From: Ignavibacteriales bacterium | GTDB lineage: Bacteria; Bacteroidota; Ignavibacteria; UBA10030; UBA8401 | Direction: 5' to 3' | Assembly: GCA_026390635.1 (NCBI GenBank) | Contig: JAPLFO010000148.1 | Span: 124,080-188,079 of the forward strand | DNA length: 64,000 nucleotides | Shown: piece after piece, positions 28,681-38,669 of the stretch | How the letters are laid out: each line of letters starts with the position of its first letter | Numbering within the stretch: position 1 is the first letter of the stretch | Program-made: the position numbers and the translations under genes | Notes under the pieces: model-generated | Told to the model about the DNA's origin: nothing | Databases searched by the model: none | What the model saw: the letters and a program-made list of their open reading frames with translations, nothing else

Positions 28681-29237
28681 TCGTGCGCTTCCTTTCCCGC
28701 CTTAAAAAACGTCACCACGGTCCGGCCGTATTTTCTCGTATCGATTGGCATAAAATGCGCCGTCGGCTCAAAGTGAATGTCATCAGGATGTTCCATCACC
28801 ATCACACCGTCTTGTGCTACAATGCCCCGTTGAAAAATAGCGACGGGGAGTTGGACAAGGTCGGTATCGGCATACGGAGGATCTGTAAAAACGACAGTAA
28901 ACGATTGTCCGGACGTCTCAATAAACTGTACTGCGTCTCCGATCCAGACGCGGGCATCTTTGTCCGCTCCGATCGATTCGATGTTCTTACGCAGAAATGC
29001 AGCGACTTTGTGGGACTGTTCCACAAAAGTCGCGCTCTTTGCTCCGCGGCTCAGCGCCTCGATGCCGATGCTGCCGCTTCCCGCATAAAGATCAAGCACC
29101 GAAGCGTTCGTCCAATCAATCCTGCTCTGTAGAATATTGAAGATCGATTCCTTCACGCGGGATGTTGCCGGACGAACGGAGAAATCCTTCACGGTCTCCA
29201 GAATGCGGCCCTTGTATTTTCCCGCAATGACTCTCAT
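28677..29237 (-). CDS. rsmD: 16S rRNA m2G966 methyltransferase
   Basis: MRVIAGKYKGR, RPATSRVKESIFN, LDLYAGSGSIGIEALSRGA, DPPY. Confidence 0.95.
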   Translation of the reverse strand: MRVIAGKYKGRILETVKDFSVRPATSRVKESIFNILQSRIDWTNASVLDLYAGSGSIGIEALSRGAKSATFVEQSHKVAAFLRKNIESIGADKDARVWIGDAVQFIETSGQSFTVVFTDPPYADTDLVQLPVAIFQRGIVAQDGVMVMEHPDDIHFEPTAHFMPIDTRKYGRTVVTFFKAGKEAHE

Positions 29238-29240
29238 CTA

Positions 29241-30152
29241 CTAATCCGTTCTCAGAGCCAGGCCGACAGCGGCGGCATATGATTGCTGTTCCCTCTGGAT
29301 CTCGGCATAATTGCCAAGCGATTTGGGAAGGGCAACTTTCAAAAATGGATTTAGAATTTCTGCTTTCACGCCTGTCGCTGTGGAGACTTCTTCAACAAGT
29401 TCCGGCGTCACAATGCGTCCGTGAAAATAGATCGCCTCCGGCTTCGCCGCTGCAGCATATTCGACAAGTTGTGAAATGTCCGCTACAGAGGAGCGCGGAA
29501 CAACGCTGACATTAACCGCCTGACCCGCGACAAGTATCGACACATCGAATGATTCCTCGTCCGCACCGATGAGCATGCAACGCTTTGTTACCTCTTCAGG
29601 ATAATTCACCAGAAAGGCATTTTCTGCGGCAAAGTGGTCAACGTCCACAATGTGCAACGTCGTACCAGACTGCGCACAGACACGTGTCAGGAAGTTTACA
29701 AATGATTTGCGAACAGCAAGCACCAGCGTCGGCACATGCAATGCGTCGGGATCTCTCGGCAATTGCTGTGTGTTCACCGAGAATGAATGTGGATGGCTGT
29801 CGAGAAAATATTGATTAAGCTCCCATTTTGCCTGCTGATCGATTTCATTTTCCCTCAGAGAACTGTCCACGGGAATTGTCTGAAGCATCACCATCTTGCT
29901 GTTCAGTGCGAATGAAAAATGCTTTGACCCGCTCCCGATTTTTTTTAGAAATACGGACAGCTCGTGCGCAAATAGCCGCTCGCGCTGTGTCGCACCGGGC
30001 TGCTCAAACAACGCATGGTCGTCGAAGTCAAGCTGGAAAAAAAACGAACCCGCCGCTGTCAGCGTAAATCCCTTGGGACTGTGCGCAATTTCCACGGCTG
30101 TGATATTCTGATGCTCTATGATGATGGCGATATAGCGTTCTGTTGTTTTCAT
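29241..30152 (-). CDS. PilM-like actin-fold pilus assembly protein
   Basis: AKWELNQY, LHIVDVDHFAA.N, EILNPF, C-terminal YAAAVGLALR typical of PilM. Confidence 0.7.
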   Translation of the reverse strand: MKTTERYIAIIIEHQNITAVEIAHSPKGFTLTAAGSFFFQLDFDDHALFEQPGATQRERLFAHELSVFLKKIGSGSKHFSFALNSKMVMLQTIPVDSSLRENEIDQQAKWELNQYFLDSHPHSFSVNTQQLPRDPDALHVPTLVLAVRKSFVNFLTRVCAQSGTTLHIVDVDHFAAENAFLVNYPEEVTKRCMLIGADEESFDVSILVAGQAVNVSVVPRSSVADISQLVEYAAAAKPEAIYFHGRIVTPELVEEVSTATGVKAEILNPFLKVALPKSLGNYAEIQREQQSYAAAVGLALRTD

Positions 30153-30562
30153 TGTAGTGTCACCATTGGTTGAAGTTTTTCCAACTTCTTTGGTCCCAGC
30201 CCCTTGATGTTACGCAAATCCTGGAGTGATTTAAAAGGCCCATGTTCGTTTCGATATTCGACAATTTGTCGCGCCATTGACGGTCCAATGCCGGGAAGTC
30301 CATCCAGTTCCTCCACTCCGGCCGCATTGATGTTGACCGGCTGTTGTTTGATGGAAGAGGGCGCTGCCGGTATGGTGCTTCTGGCTGCAAAAACGGAATC
30401 ACTTTCGCTGTAGTCAAAACGCGGCGCGCGCGGCGGCACCACAGAGGATCGATAGACCTTGATCGCCGCACCAGCGAGAAACAGCACGGCAAGAAAAAGT
30501 AGAATCTTCTGCTCGTTCCTGGTGAAGCTTACATACCCCCGAAGACGATCGATCCATTTCAT
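30149..30562 (-). CDS. comEA: ComEA-family helix-hairpin-helix DNA-binding protein
   Basis: N-terminal TM; VNINAA..EL..LPGIGP..I.EYR..GPFKS..L..IKGLG. Confidence 0.88.
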   Translation of the reverse strand: MKWIDRLRGYVSFTRNEQKILLFLAVLFLAGAAIKVYRSSVVPPRAPRFDYSESDSVFAARSTIPAAPSSIKQQPVNINAAGVEELDGLPGIGPSMARQIVEYRNEHGPFKSLQDLRNIKGLGPKKLEKLQPMVTLQ

Positions 30563-31710
30563 GAAAAGGAGTTCTTTACCTTGTCGAAAAACGATTTATT
30601 CCGGTCTTTCTCCTCCTGCGTCGGATTCACGTGTTCGCACTTGGCAAGTTCTTTTAGCAACTCCTTTTCACGCAAATTGACCTTCCCCGGTACCCAGACC
30701 TGTACGCGAATCAACTGATCCCCTTTGCCATATCCATTCAGATGGGCTATTCCCTTTTCTTTCATGCGAAGCATTTTCCCCGGCATCGTGCCGGCCTCAA
30801 TCTTCAGGCGTGCCAAGCCTGTCAGCGTCGGTACTTCGATATCGCCGCCCAACACCGCATCCGGGTAGCCGACCAACGCATTGTAGATCACATCGTCCCC
30901 ATGACGCGTAAAATGCTCGTGGCGTGCCTGTTCGAATTCAACAATAACGTCTCCCGCAGGTCCGCCGCGCTTTCCTGCGTTTCCCTGTGCGTGCAGTGGA
31001 ATGTAATTCCCTTCCGATACACCCGCCGGCACCGCCACCTTGATGGTGGATTCGCCTTGTTCGCGCCCATCACCGGAACAGATCGGGCACGGTTCTTTAA
31101 CGATCGTCCCTTCGCCGTTGCAGTATCCGCACGGCGATACATTCACAAACTGGCCGAACATGGAACGCGACACCTGGCGCACTTCTCCGGAACCACCGCA
31201 ATGGGAACACGTTACACGCGATGAACCGGAACGCGCACCTGTACCGTTACACGCGTGGCAGGGCTTCCATTTCTTGATTTTGATTTTCTTTTCCACGCCG
31301 GTCGCAATTTCCTCCAGCGTCAGTTTGAGACGAATGCGAAGGTCGGAACCGGGCTGGCCGGGCTCTTTCCTCCGGCTTCGTTGGCCGCCGGAAAACATGT
31401 CTTCGAAAATCGAGCCACCGAAAATATCTCCAAAGTTCGAAAAGATCTCGTTGATATCCGAGTACTGATGAAAATCTGTCCCCCGCATTCCTTCATGCCC
31501 ATACCGATCATATTTCTGGCGTTTGGTTTGATCTCCCAGTACCTCGTACGCTTCTGCGGCTTCTTTAAATTTCTCTTCGGCCTCTTTGTTGTTGGGATTG
31601 CGATCAGGATGAAACTGCAATGCGAGTTTGCGGTACGCCTTCTTCACCTCGTCGACAGATGCATCACGGGCAACGCCGAGAATCTCATAGTAATCGCGTT
31701 TGGATGCCAT
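30559..31710 (-). CDS. dnaJ: Chaperone DnaJ
   Basis: J domain HPD; four CxxCxGxG repeats. Confidence 0.98.
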   Translation of the reverse strand: MASKRDYYEILGVARDASVDEVKKAYRKLALQFHPDRNPNNKEAEEKFKEAAEAYEVLGDQTKRQKYDRYGHEGMRGTDFHQYSDINEIFSNFGDIFGGSIFEDMFSGGQRSRRKEPGQPGSDLRIRLKLTLEEIATGVEKKIKIKKWKPCHACNGTGARSGSSRVTCSHCGGSGEVRQVSRSMFGQFVNVSPCGYCNGEGTIVKEPCPICSGDGREQGESTIKVAVPAGVSEGNYIPLHAQGNAGKRGGPAGDVIVEFEQARHEHFTRHGDDVIYNALVGYPDAVLGGDIEVPTLTGLARLKIEAGTMPGKMLRMKEKGIAHLNGYGKGDQLIRVQVWVPGKVNLREKELLKELAKCEHVNPTQEEKDRNKSFFDKVKNSFS

Positions 31711-31712
31711 GG

Positions 31713-32294
31713 CTATTCCTTCTTTCCTTCGGCGGAAGGCGCTTCCGCAGAGACAATGACCTTGGCATGCCGGATGACTTTGTCGAACAAAAGGTACCCT
31801 TTTTCAACTTCTTCAATTACCGTGTGTGCCGGAACATCCGCGCGAGGCATCTGCATCAGCGCATCATGAAAATCCACATTGAATTCTTTCCCCTTTGTCT
31901 CCATTACCGTCAGACCTTGTGATTCCAGCACCTTGAAGAACTTCTGCTGGATCATTTCAACTCCCTTATAGAATGAATCCTCTCCCAGTTTCTCTTTTCC
32001 GTTCTTCAGCGACCGGTCAAAATCATCCAGTACGGGAAGCAATTGAGTAAGAGTGTTTTCTGCTGCAAACCTCGCAAGCGCGGCAAAATCGTTCTCTGTT
32101 CTTCGCTTATAATTGTCAAACTCAGCCGCTTTGCGCAGCAGTTGATCTTTCAATTGCACTATTTGATTCTCCAGGTCCGCCGCCCGCTGTTGCAACGATT
32201 CATCTGCGAGTGCCGGTGTTTCTGGGGAGGCAGACGGCGCTTGCTCATCCGCCTGCCTGTTTTCCTGTCCGTCCTTCACAACTTCCTCGGACAT
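31713..32294 (-). CDS. grpE: Nucleotide exchange factor GrpE
   Basis: [35 protein letters not shown]. Confidence 0.97.
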   Translation of the reverse strand: MSEEVVKDGQENRQADEQAPSASPETPALADESLQQRAADLENQIVQLKDQLLRKAAEFDNYKRRTENDFAALARFAAENTLTQLLPVLDDFDRSLKNGKEKLGEDSFYKGVEMIQQKFFKVLESQGLTVMETKGKEFNVDFHDALMQMPRADVPAHTVIEEVEKGYLLFDKVIRHAKVIVSAEAPSAEGKKE

Positions 32295-32356
32295 ATAATC
32301 AGTGTTCTCCTTTCATCAATGATGAATAAAATATTCGGCATAAAATCACGCGCACA

Positions 32357-33394
32357 TCATGCGAAGAGCGACGATATCGTCTTTGCCACATATTCTACAA
32401 TAGGGATCACCTTCTGATAGTCCATTCTCTTTGAGCCAATGACGCCCACTGTCCCGCGCGTTCCTCCGATCGTGTACGGAGATGCAATGAGACTGAGGTC
32501 GTGCAGTTTTTCATCGCTGTTTTCAGTACCAATCGCGATAGCAATCGCACCGTCGCGCGGATCTGCTTTTTCCAGGACATGCACAATGATATCCTCATTC
32601 TCGAGAAGATCGATGATGCTTCGAAATTTGTCCGAATCTTCAAATTCCGGCTGCGACAACAGGCTCGTCGTCCCGCCAATATGAATTTTTTCGTGGCCTG
32701 GCGCATCATCAAACAATTTATCCACCGATTCGACAAAGAGTCGAATCAATCCGGTTTCCTCGTGCCGCAAGTCCTGCATTCGTTCCGGGAAAGTGTGGCG
32801 AATATGCTGCAGTGTGAGTCCGGACAGTCGCTCATTCAACAGGCGCGCCACGTCATCCAGCTTCTGCCGCGGGATCTCTGCCTGCACCTCCATCATGATT
32901 GTCTTCACAAATCCGGATTGAATGGACATGATAACCATGATTCGCGTGCTGGAGAGCGGCACAAGCTCAATCCTATCCAATGAGCCGGATGATAGTTTTG
33001 GCGCCGAAACAACACCCAGTTGGTGTGATATGGTTCCAATCAGTTTGGATGTTTCCCGCAGCACGTCCTCCGGGTCAGTAACCGTTTGAAGTTGAGACTG
33101 GATGGCATTCTGCTCTCCGCGAGAGAGTTTTTCCAACTCGATCAGTGAGTCAACATAAAATCTATATCCCTTGTCCGTCGGAACACGGCCTGCCGAAGTG
33201 TGAGGATGGCCGATATAACCCAGATCCTCGAGATCAGACATGACATTCCGCACCGTTGCAGCACTCAAGCCGAGTGAGTGACGCTTCGAAATATAGCGCG
33301 ATCCTACTGGAGCGGCGGTCTGAATAAAGGTATAAATAACGCTCCGAAGGATCGTTTTTTCGCGATTGTTCAGTTCTGGGTCTTTGAGTTCCAT
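32357..33394 (-). CDS. hrcA: Heat-inducible transcription repressor
   Basis: PVGSR, SAATVRNVMSDLE, PHTSAGRVPTDKGYRFYVD, G.KRMDY. Confidence 0.97.
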   Translation of the reverse strand: MELKDPELNNREKTILRSVIYTFIQTAAPVGSRYISKRHSLGLSAATVRNVMSDLEDLGYIGHPHTSAGRVPTDKGYRFYVDSLIELEKLSRGEQNAIQSQLQTVTDPEDVLRETSKLIGTISHQLGVVSAPKLSSGSLDRIELVPLSSTRIMVIMSIQSGFVKTIMMEVQAEIPRQKLDDVARLLNERLSGLTLQHIRHTFPERMQDLRHEETGLIRLFVESVDKLFDDAPGHEKIHIGGTTSLLSQPEFEDSDKFRSIIDLLENEDIIVHVLEKADPRDGAIAIAIGTENSDEKLHDLSLIASPYTIGGTRGTVGVIGSKRMDYQKVIPIVEYVAKTISSLFA

Positions 33395-33423
33395 TTGCAG
33401 TAGACACACTCTTCAAAAATCTA

Positions 33424-34620
33424 TTAAAAAATACGAATTTTGAAGGGGTATGTCAAGGAAGGTGGGTTAGAGGGCACGACAATTTGCTTCAATGCACGCA
33501 GGTCTATTTCAGTGGGAAAGCCCTCCTCATGCCAATGGCTTTTACATCCGCATTGGTTGAGTAGCACACATTGAGCGGGAACATTGTTCCGCTTCAATTC
33601 CCATCCTCCCTGCACCAACACGGAAAGGCAGGCGACACCAACAACACCCATTGGCTCGTTGCCCGGCTTCGCTGACCACTGCGACAAGTCTGCAGAATGC
33701 GGTATGATCATCACATCGAAACCATCTCGCACGCCCATTTCTCTCAATTGATTAATATGACAACGCGATTCGCAGCCGGCACACCGGATGCCTTTCGGCG
33801 ATTTGACTCCTTTACATTCCCTCTCCGAGCGGGCGCGCATGCATCCCGGAGCAAGAACTGTTTTTCGACCGCAGGAGTCAAATTCCTCACGGTGCGCGCG
33901 ATTCATAATCTCAGTGCCGATCATACTTAAATGGTATTCCGTTCGTGAGCGGAGACAGGTAAACCGATCTATCCTCCATCGGTACGAACGAAGATTTCGC
34001 TCAACAAAGCCATCAACGTTTGGCGTGTATCCTCCCATGCGGAGGGTGCTTTCATCTTCAAACCAATCGGCGAAAGTGAGAATCGTCTTCATGGTTTTTG
34101 AAAATTCTTCTGCAGAAAACATGCTCAAGTATGCCAGCAACCGAATATAGCGAAAAGCATCTTCGCGAAAGTCTCCTGTCGCCTCCAGCCACGTGACGAG
34201 CCGCTCAATATCTGCGAGCTCCTGCGGCGCGTAGTCCGTGCGACGGCAAGGAATTGGAACGAGGAAAAATGACAAAAGAATGCCGCGCAGAAAATCGATG
34301 GCGGGTTTCAAACGGGGATGTGTTTTTCGCCACTCGCCTAAGTGCGCCATCGTGGAAAATGGAGCAATCTGAACTGCGAGCGCTGTGTTTCCATAGGAGC
34401 GCCACAAAACACCCAGATTCAGCAATTCATACACATACTCTTCAACAGTACGGTAATCTTCCAATCGCGATTCTTTCAAAAAATCTGTGTACGACTCTGC
34501 AATCGGCATCACTGTATTTCGAGATCGTACAAGCACGTCGTCTGTGAATGACGCGACATCGAGATAGTACGTGGAGAAAGCTGAGCGGCCGGGATTCAAT
34601 TTGTAGGTAATCGGTTGCAT
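33424..34620 (-). CDS. DUF116-domain protein with long N-terminal extension
   Basis: LAPGCMR..C..C..C..C, VVGVAC, LLNQCGC Cys pattern. Confidence 0.75.
   Translation of the reverse strand: MQPITYKLNPGRSAFSTYYLDVASFTDDVLVRSRNTVMPIAESYTDFLKESRLEDYRTVEEYVYELLNLGVLWRSYGNTALAVQIAPFSTMAHLGEWRKTHPRLKPAIDFLRGILLSFFLVPIPCRRTDYAPQELADIERLVTWLEATGDFREDAFRYIRLLAYLSMFSAEEFSKTMKTILTFADWFEDESTLRMGGYTPNVDGFVERNLRSYRWRIDRFTCLRSRTEYHLSMIGTEIMNRAHREEFDSCGRKTVLAPGCMRARSERECKGVKSPKGIRCAGCESRCHINQLREMGVRDGFDVMIIPHSADLSQWSAKPGNEPMGVVGVACLSVLVQGGWELKRNNVPAQCVLLNQCGCKSHWHEEGFPTEIDLRALKQIVVPSNPPSLTYPFKIRIF
33428..33456 (-). promoter_or_regulatory. Sigma70 promoter of the hrcA operon, inside the 3' end of the upstream ORF
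   Basis: Minus strand TTGACA-N17-TATTTT. Confidence 0.6.
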
Positions 34621-34739
34621 CCCTCTCTATACGAACAAATACATCAATTTTGTTGCAGATTTCTCCCGGGCTATTGAGCGTGGCTCTTCAGTCACAGGGG
34701 ATTCCTCTCGGAGACAATCCCACTATAACATCCGCGACA

Positions 34740-37580
34740 TCATTTTTCGAGTTCATATCGCAGGGTCTTCCCTTTTTCAATCGCAGGAAGTCCCTTGGTC
34801 ATCCAGAAAGGCTCCGGGGCATCCTTTAAATAGTGGTCGAAGAATTGAAGCATGCGAATGGAAAGATCCTTCCGGTTCCGGCGCTGCACCAGATTGTGTT
34901 CTTCTCCATTGTAGGTCAGCATCCAGACCGGCTTGTCAAGGCGGCGCAATGCAGTGAACAATTCGATCCCCTGATACCAAGGTACAGCCCCATCCCCGTC
35001 ATTATGCATGATCAAGAGCGGTGTGGTCACAAAGTCCGCCCGGAAAAGTGCGGAGTTTTCGAGATAGAGCATCGGCTTTTCCCACAGCGTTGCACCGATG
35101 CGGCTCTGCTGCTTTTCATATTGAAAGGCGCGATTTACCCCGGACTCCCAGCGAATGCCCCCATACGCACTCGTCATATTGGATACCGGGGCACCGGCCA
35201 TGCCGGCCCGAAAGAGCGATGTGCGGGACACAAGATACGCAACTTGATATCCTCCCCAACTTTGTCCCTGAATACCAATTCGCGTGCTGTCAACATAACC
35301 CTGTGAGACAAGTTTCAGAACGCCGGGAATAATACAATCGGCTGCACTTTGTCCGGGATATCCAATACGATAACGAATATCCGGTATGAAGACGAGATAT
35401 CCTTGGCTTACATAGAGTGAGACATTCACGGTTGAGGCGGAGGGAGCCGGTGGCGTATAGCGATGCAACAGGTCTGAATTCCGTTCATAGAAGTACGCGA
35501 TCATGGGATATTTTTTGGACGGATCAAAGTTTTCCGGTTTATAGAGCAGTCCATCCAACGGGCGGCCATCAGCTGCGAACCAATGCACAAGTTCGGCCGT
35601 TCCCCAAAGATATTCTTGTTGCTGCGGATTGGCATCGCTGATTTTCTGCACCGAAGAAAAATGCTTCCCGGTAACATACAGGTCGGGGCACTCACGGAAG
35701 GTGCTTTTGAAAAACATCAGCACCGTGTCGTCTTTTGCCTTCGCAACGGAGCCGCAAGTCGCAGATACCCGAAGGAGCTGCAATGGTGTGGTTGGTTCAC
35801 CAATTTTGAGCGATGCAAATCCGGCGGCCTTGCTGCCATTGCTAAAAGTACGCAGAAGAGAGGGCCGCTCAGGGTTGATACTGCGTTCCTCGGGATCGAG
35901 TCGTACATACCTGTACGTTGTTTGTGTACGACGACCGACTCCAGCCGTCACATTCACCGGCGGCTGCAATGCCATCGGATCAATCTGCCAGATGTCATAT
36001 TTGTCGTTGACGTAGAAATATCGATCGTCCGTTGACCAGCCCGTCGAGCCATACGAACCGGGATCGTCCGGAACATCATTGAGCTCGTCATACAACGGAA
36101 CGGTAAATGCACGCGTCAATGCATACGTTTTGTTCTTCCGGATGGAATAGGAATACCAGCATGTATCCGTGGCATTGTACCAGTAAATATATTGTGCGAG
36201 GGGAGAGAGTGCCGGAGATCCCTTTACATGCCGGCCGGCGAGCGTCCGTTCCCCGCTCAGTGTATTGATAGCATATGCATCGTTGTATGCTTCACCTTCC
36301 CACGTCTGCGCACGCCTATATGGAACACTGGACACGCCCAGCGCGAAATCGGCATTGCCTTCATCGCCAAGAGTCACCGACGGAACGTCTTCATCCCCGA
36401 GCTGAACACAGCGGCTTTTTCTTTGGAGGAAGACGGCCACGTACGAGCGCTTCTTATCATTTTCAAGACTCTTTACTTGTTCCGTCTGGAGTCGCGCATC
36501 CAGCCAATTCCACACATCAAGCTTTGCCGTTTCCTCATCATTGAATGTTGTATCATCCGGCATGGGAACGGGTGCTGTTCCAAAAAAGATTTTCTTTCCG
36601 TCTTTGGAGAAAGATGTTTTTCCGAATTCACTCACTGTCCAGCGGCTCTTCATGCCCTGTGTGGCCGTGTCTACCGCTTGGAGAGAGGAGTCTTTCCCTT
36701 CCGACCAATAGTAGAGTGAAAAAAAGCGCTGTTTGGCCTTCGACGTATCACGATCGGCGACAAAAATGGCCTGTCTTCCCTCTTCATCCAACGCAAGCTG
36801 CTTATACTTTCCCTTTCCGCGGGCCAGCGTGTCGATAGGCAAATGAGAACTGTCGGGTGCCGTCGCACCGGAAGCAAAAGAAAAGACACCGGCTGTGACT
36901 GTACTATCGTTGCCGGCAGAAGTGAAGAGAATTCGCTTGCCGTTTTTTGAAACGGTAAATTCATTCACAAAGAGAAATTTGTATTCCTTGCCGCTCGATA
37001 GATGACGAAGAACGAGCGTCGTACCCGTATCATCCTTTTTGTCTTTGTCAGCCTCATCGGCATCCGATATGTCTTTCTTCTTTCCTTTTTTTGATGAATC
37101 GGCGGGCACAATTTCTTTCTCGAGTTGATAGGCAAGCCATCCGGAGCCTTTTTCCGGCATCACGAACGATTTCACTCTGGCAACCCTGGCAATGGACATC
37201 GACGATAATGAAAGGATGCCAAGCGAGTCTTTCGGCAGATCATCTCCTTTCTTCTTGGCAATCTTTGCCTTTTTCACGTCGGCAGCGAATGACTTGATGG
37301 AAAACACAGCATACCGGGAATCCCTGTCGAACATCGCATTGAATCCGCGCAAGAGCGTGTCGTACCGGTGTGTCGTCGTATTGAACAGAACAAGAATCGG
37401 ATCACCGTCTTGCGGCTCTACATTGTACGCTATCCATTTGCCGTCATTGGAGATTTGTTCCCCACTGATTTTCTTCCATGCGTCGTAGACATCATGGGTG
37501 AGCGGTTTCTTTGCCGCTGACTGCGCGGGGAGATTCATAGAACACAGGATGAGCAGAATAGCCTGAAAGAAATATTTCAT
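34740..37580 (-). CDS. S9 (prolyl oligopeptidase / dipeptidyl aminopeptidase-like) peptidase
   Basis: Signal peptide, propeller, nucleophile GQSWGG, NDGDGAVP, EEH. Confidence 0.93.
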   Translation of the reverse strand: MKYFFQAILLILCSMNLPAQSAAKKPLTHDVYDAWKKISGEQISNDGKWIAYNVEPQDGDPILVLFNTTTHRYDTLLRGFNAMFDRDSRYAVFSIKSFAADVKKAKIAKKKGDDLPKDSLGILSLSSMSIARVARVKSFVMPEKGSGWLAYQLEKEIVPADSSKKGKKKDISDADEADKDKKDDTGTTLVLRHLSSGKEYKFLFVNEFTVSKNGKRILFTSAGNDSTVTAGVFSFASGATAPDSSHLPIDTLARGKGKYKQLALDEEGRQAIFVADRDTSKAKQRFFSLYYWSEGKDSSLQAVDTATQGMKSRWTVSEFGKTSFSKDGKKIFFGTAPVPMPDDTTFNDEETAKLDVWNWLDARLQTEQVKSLENDKKRSYVAVFLQRKSRCVQLGDEDVPSVTLGDEGNADFALGVSSVPYRRAQTWEGEAYNDAYAINTLSGERTLAGRHVKGSPALSPLAQYIYWYNATDTCWYSYSIRKNKTYALTRAFTVPLYDELNDVPDDPGSYGSTGWSTDDRYFYVNDKYDIWQIDPMALQPPVNVTAGVGRRTQTTYRYVRLDPEERSINPERPSLLRTFSNGSKAAGFASLKIGEPTTPLQLLRVSATCGSVAKAKDDTVLMFFKSTFRECPDLYVTGKHFSSVQKISDANPQQQEYLWGTAELVHWFAADGRPLDGLLYKPENFDPSKKYPMIAYFYERNSDLLHRYTPPAPSASTVNVSLYVSQGYLVFIPDIRYRIGYPGQSAADCIIPGVLKLVSQGYVDSTRIGIQGQSWGGYQVAYLVSRTSLFRAGMAGAPVSNMTSAYGGIRWESGVNRAFQYEKQQSRIGATLWEKPMLYLENSALFRADFVTTPLLIMHNDGDGAVPWYQGIELFTALRRLDKPVWMLTYNGEEHNLVQRRNRKDLSIRMLQFFDHYLKDAPEPFWMTKGLPAIEKGKTLRYELEK

Positions 37581-37716
37581 ACGATAACCTTGAGATTGTA
37601 TATCAATGGAGAGTTTTTGCGGATCATCAGATTTCTTGTCGCTCCTTCTCGGCGAGTTTCGACATACCCGCCTTCCAAAGGGATCGAGATTATGTGAAAA
37701 ATTACAATCCCGAGGT

Positions 37717-37851
37717 TGTCATTCCGGCCTGCCCCGCCGTCTTTGTGGCGGGCGAAAACCGGCCGAAGGCTCTTCGAGAATTCAGGCAAGATTGACAGGA
37801 TGTGGATACCCGCTTTCCCCAAAACGGGATCCTTTGGGCGCGGGGATTACA
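37717..37851. repeat. Degenerate CGTC-type REP doublet with nested hairpins
   Basis: tgtcattccggc[ctgccccgcc..ggcggg]..ccggc and tggatacccgctt[..]cgcggggattaca. Confidence 0.5.
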
Positions 37852-37924
37852 TACCTGAAGACTTTCTACGCATTCTCGAACGTTTGGGGATGGGAAGTGG
37901 TGTTCCCTTAATGACGTTTCGCAG

Positions 37925-38515
37925 CTATTTTCTTTCTTTATACACTATGTCTATAGACAAGCCCGCCGCAAGCAGGAGCGCGGCTATCTCGGGTGTGGAG
38001 ACAGCGCTGCCCGAGAGAGAAATGAGATAATTGTCCGCCGTTGTGAACAATTCTTTTCCAATTCCGGCCCATTTTTTGGTCACAATCCCGAGTTCATTGC
38101 CGCTATGATCAAGAAATCGAAAATTCCAGCCCTTCCAATCACCCTTGACCTCAGCGATTCGATTTCCGATTCTGTTGTTGACAAAAAAGCCTCCACCCAG
38201 AGAAAATATCTTGCTAGTGAAACTCCCTATCTCATTCTGCCGTGCATCCAGAACGATCACCGTGATGCGGAACAATCCCGCTTTCTTCTGGAGTGTGATC
38301 ACCGGAATCGTCGAATTCTGTTCGTACACCCGAATCGTCGTCGGAAGCATTCTCTTCTGTACCACCAATCGGGCATATTTTTGCAGCGATGTCGGTTCGT
38401 CCCTGGCCACACCGATTTGCTCCCGTGTCGCGGGATCAAAGATATCGTACGTCTCGGTGAGCTTCAGTACCGCAACTTGTTCCTTGACAAAAAATGTCCG
38501 ATTGTTCAGCAGCAT
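37925..38515 (-). CDS. Scramblase / LURP-one-related (tubby-fold) protein
   Basis: FFVKEQV..YDIFD, VKGDWKGWNF, VTKKWAGIGKELFTTADNY; GAGGAGG RBS. Confidence 0.82.
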   Translation of the reverse strand: MLLNNRTFFVKEQVAVLKLTETYDIFDPATREQIGVARDEPTSLQKYARLVVQKRMLPTTIRVYEQNSTIPVITLQKKAGLFRITVIVLDARQNEIGSFTSKIFSLGGGFFVNNRIGNRIAEVKGDWKGWNFRFLDHSGNELGIVTKKWAGIGKELFTTADNYLISLSGSAVSTPEIAALLLAAGLSIDIVYKERK

Positions 38516-38669
38516 ATTGTCCTCCTCATTGTCGTGAGAGACGGCACAGTGGTCCGGGTTTCATGATGGTCTCGCTTCACCAATGGAGCTCATGGGCCGC
38601 TGAGAAACGATGGTCACCCATATCCTTGTCTTTCCCCGTGCTCCCGCTGTGTTGTGTCCTCATCCGCAA

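Noticed and set aside
38592-38621. TPP-riboswitch-like fragment ggg..ctgagaa..accc
   Set aside because: It lacks the downstream ACCTGAT..TAAT..CGTAGG core and is on the opposite strand to the adjacent genes.
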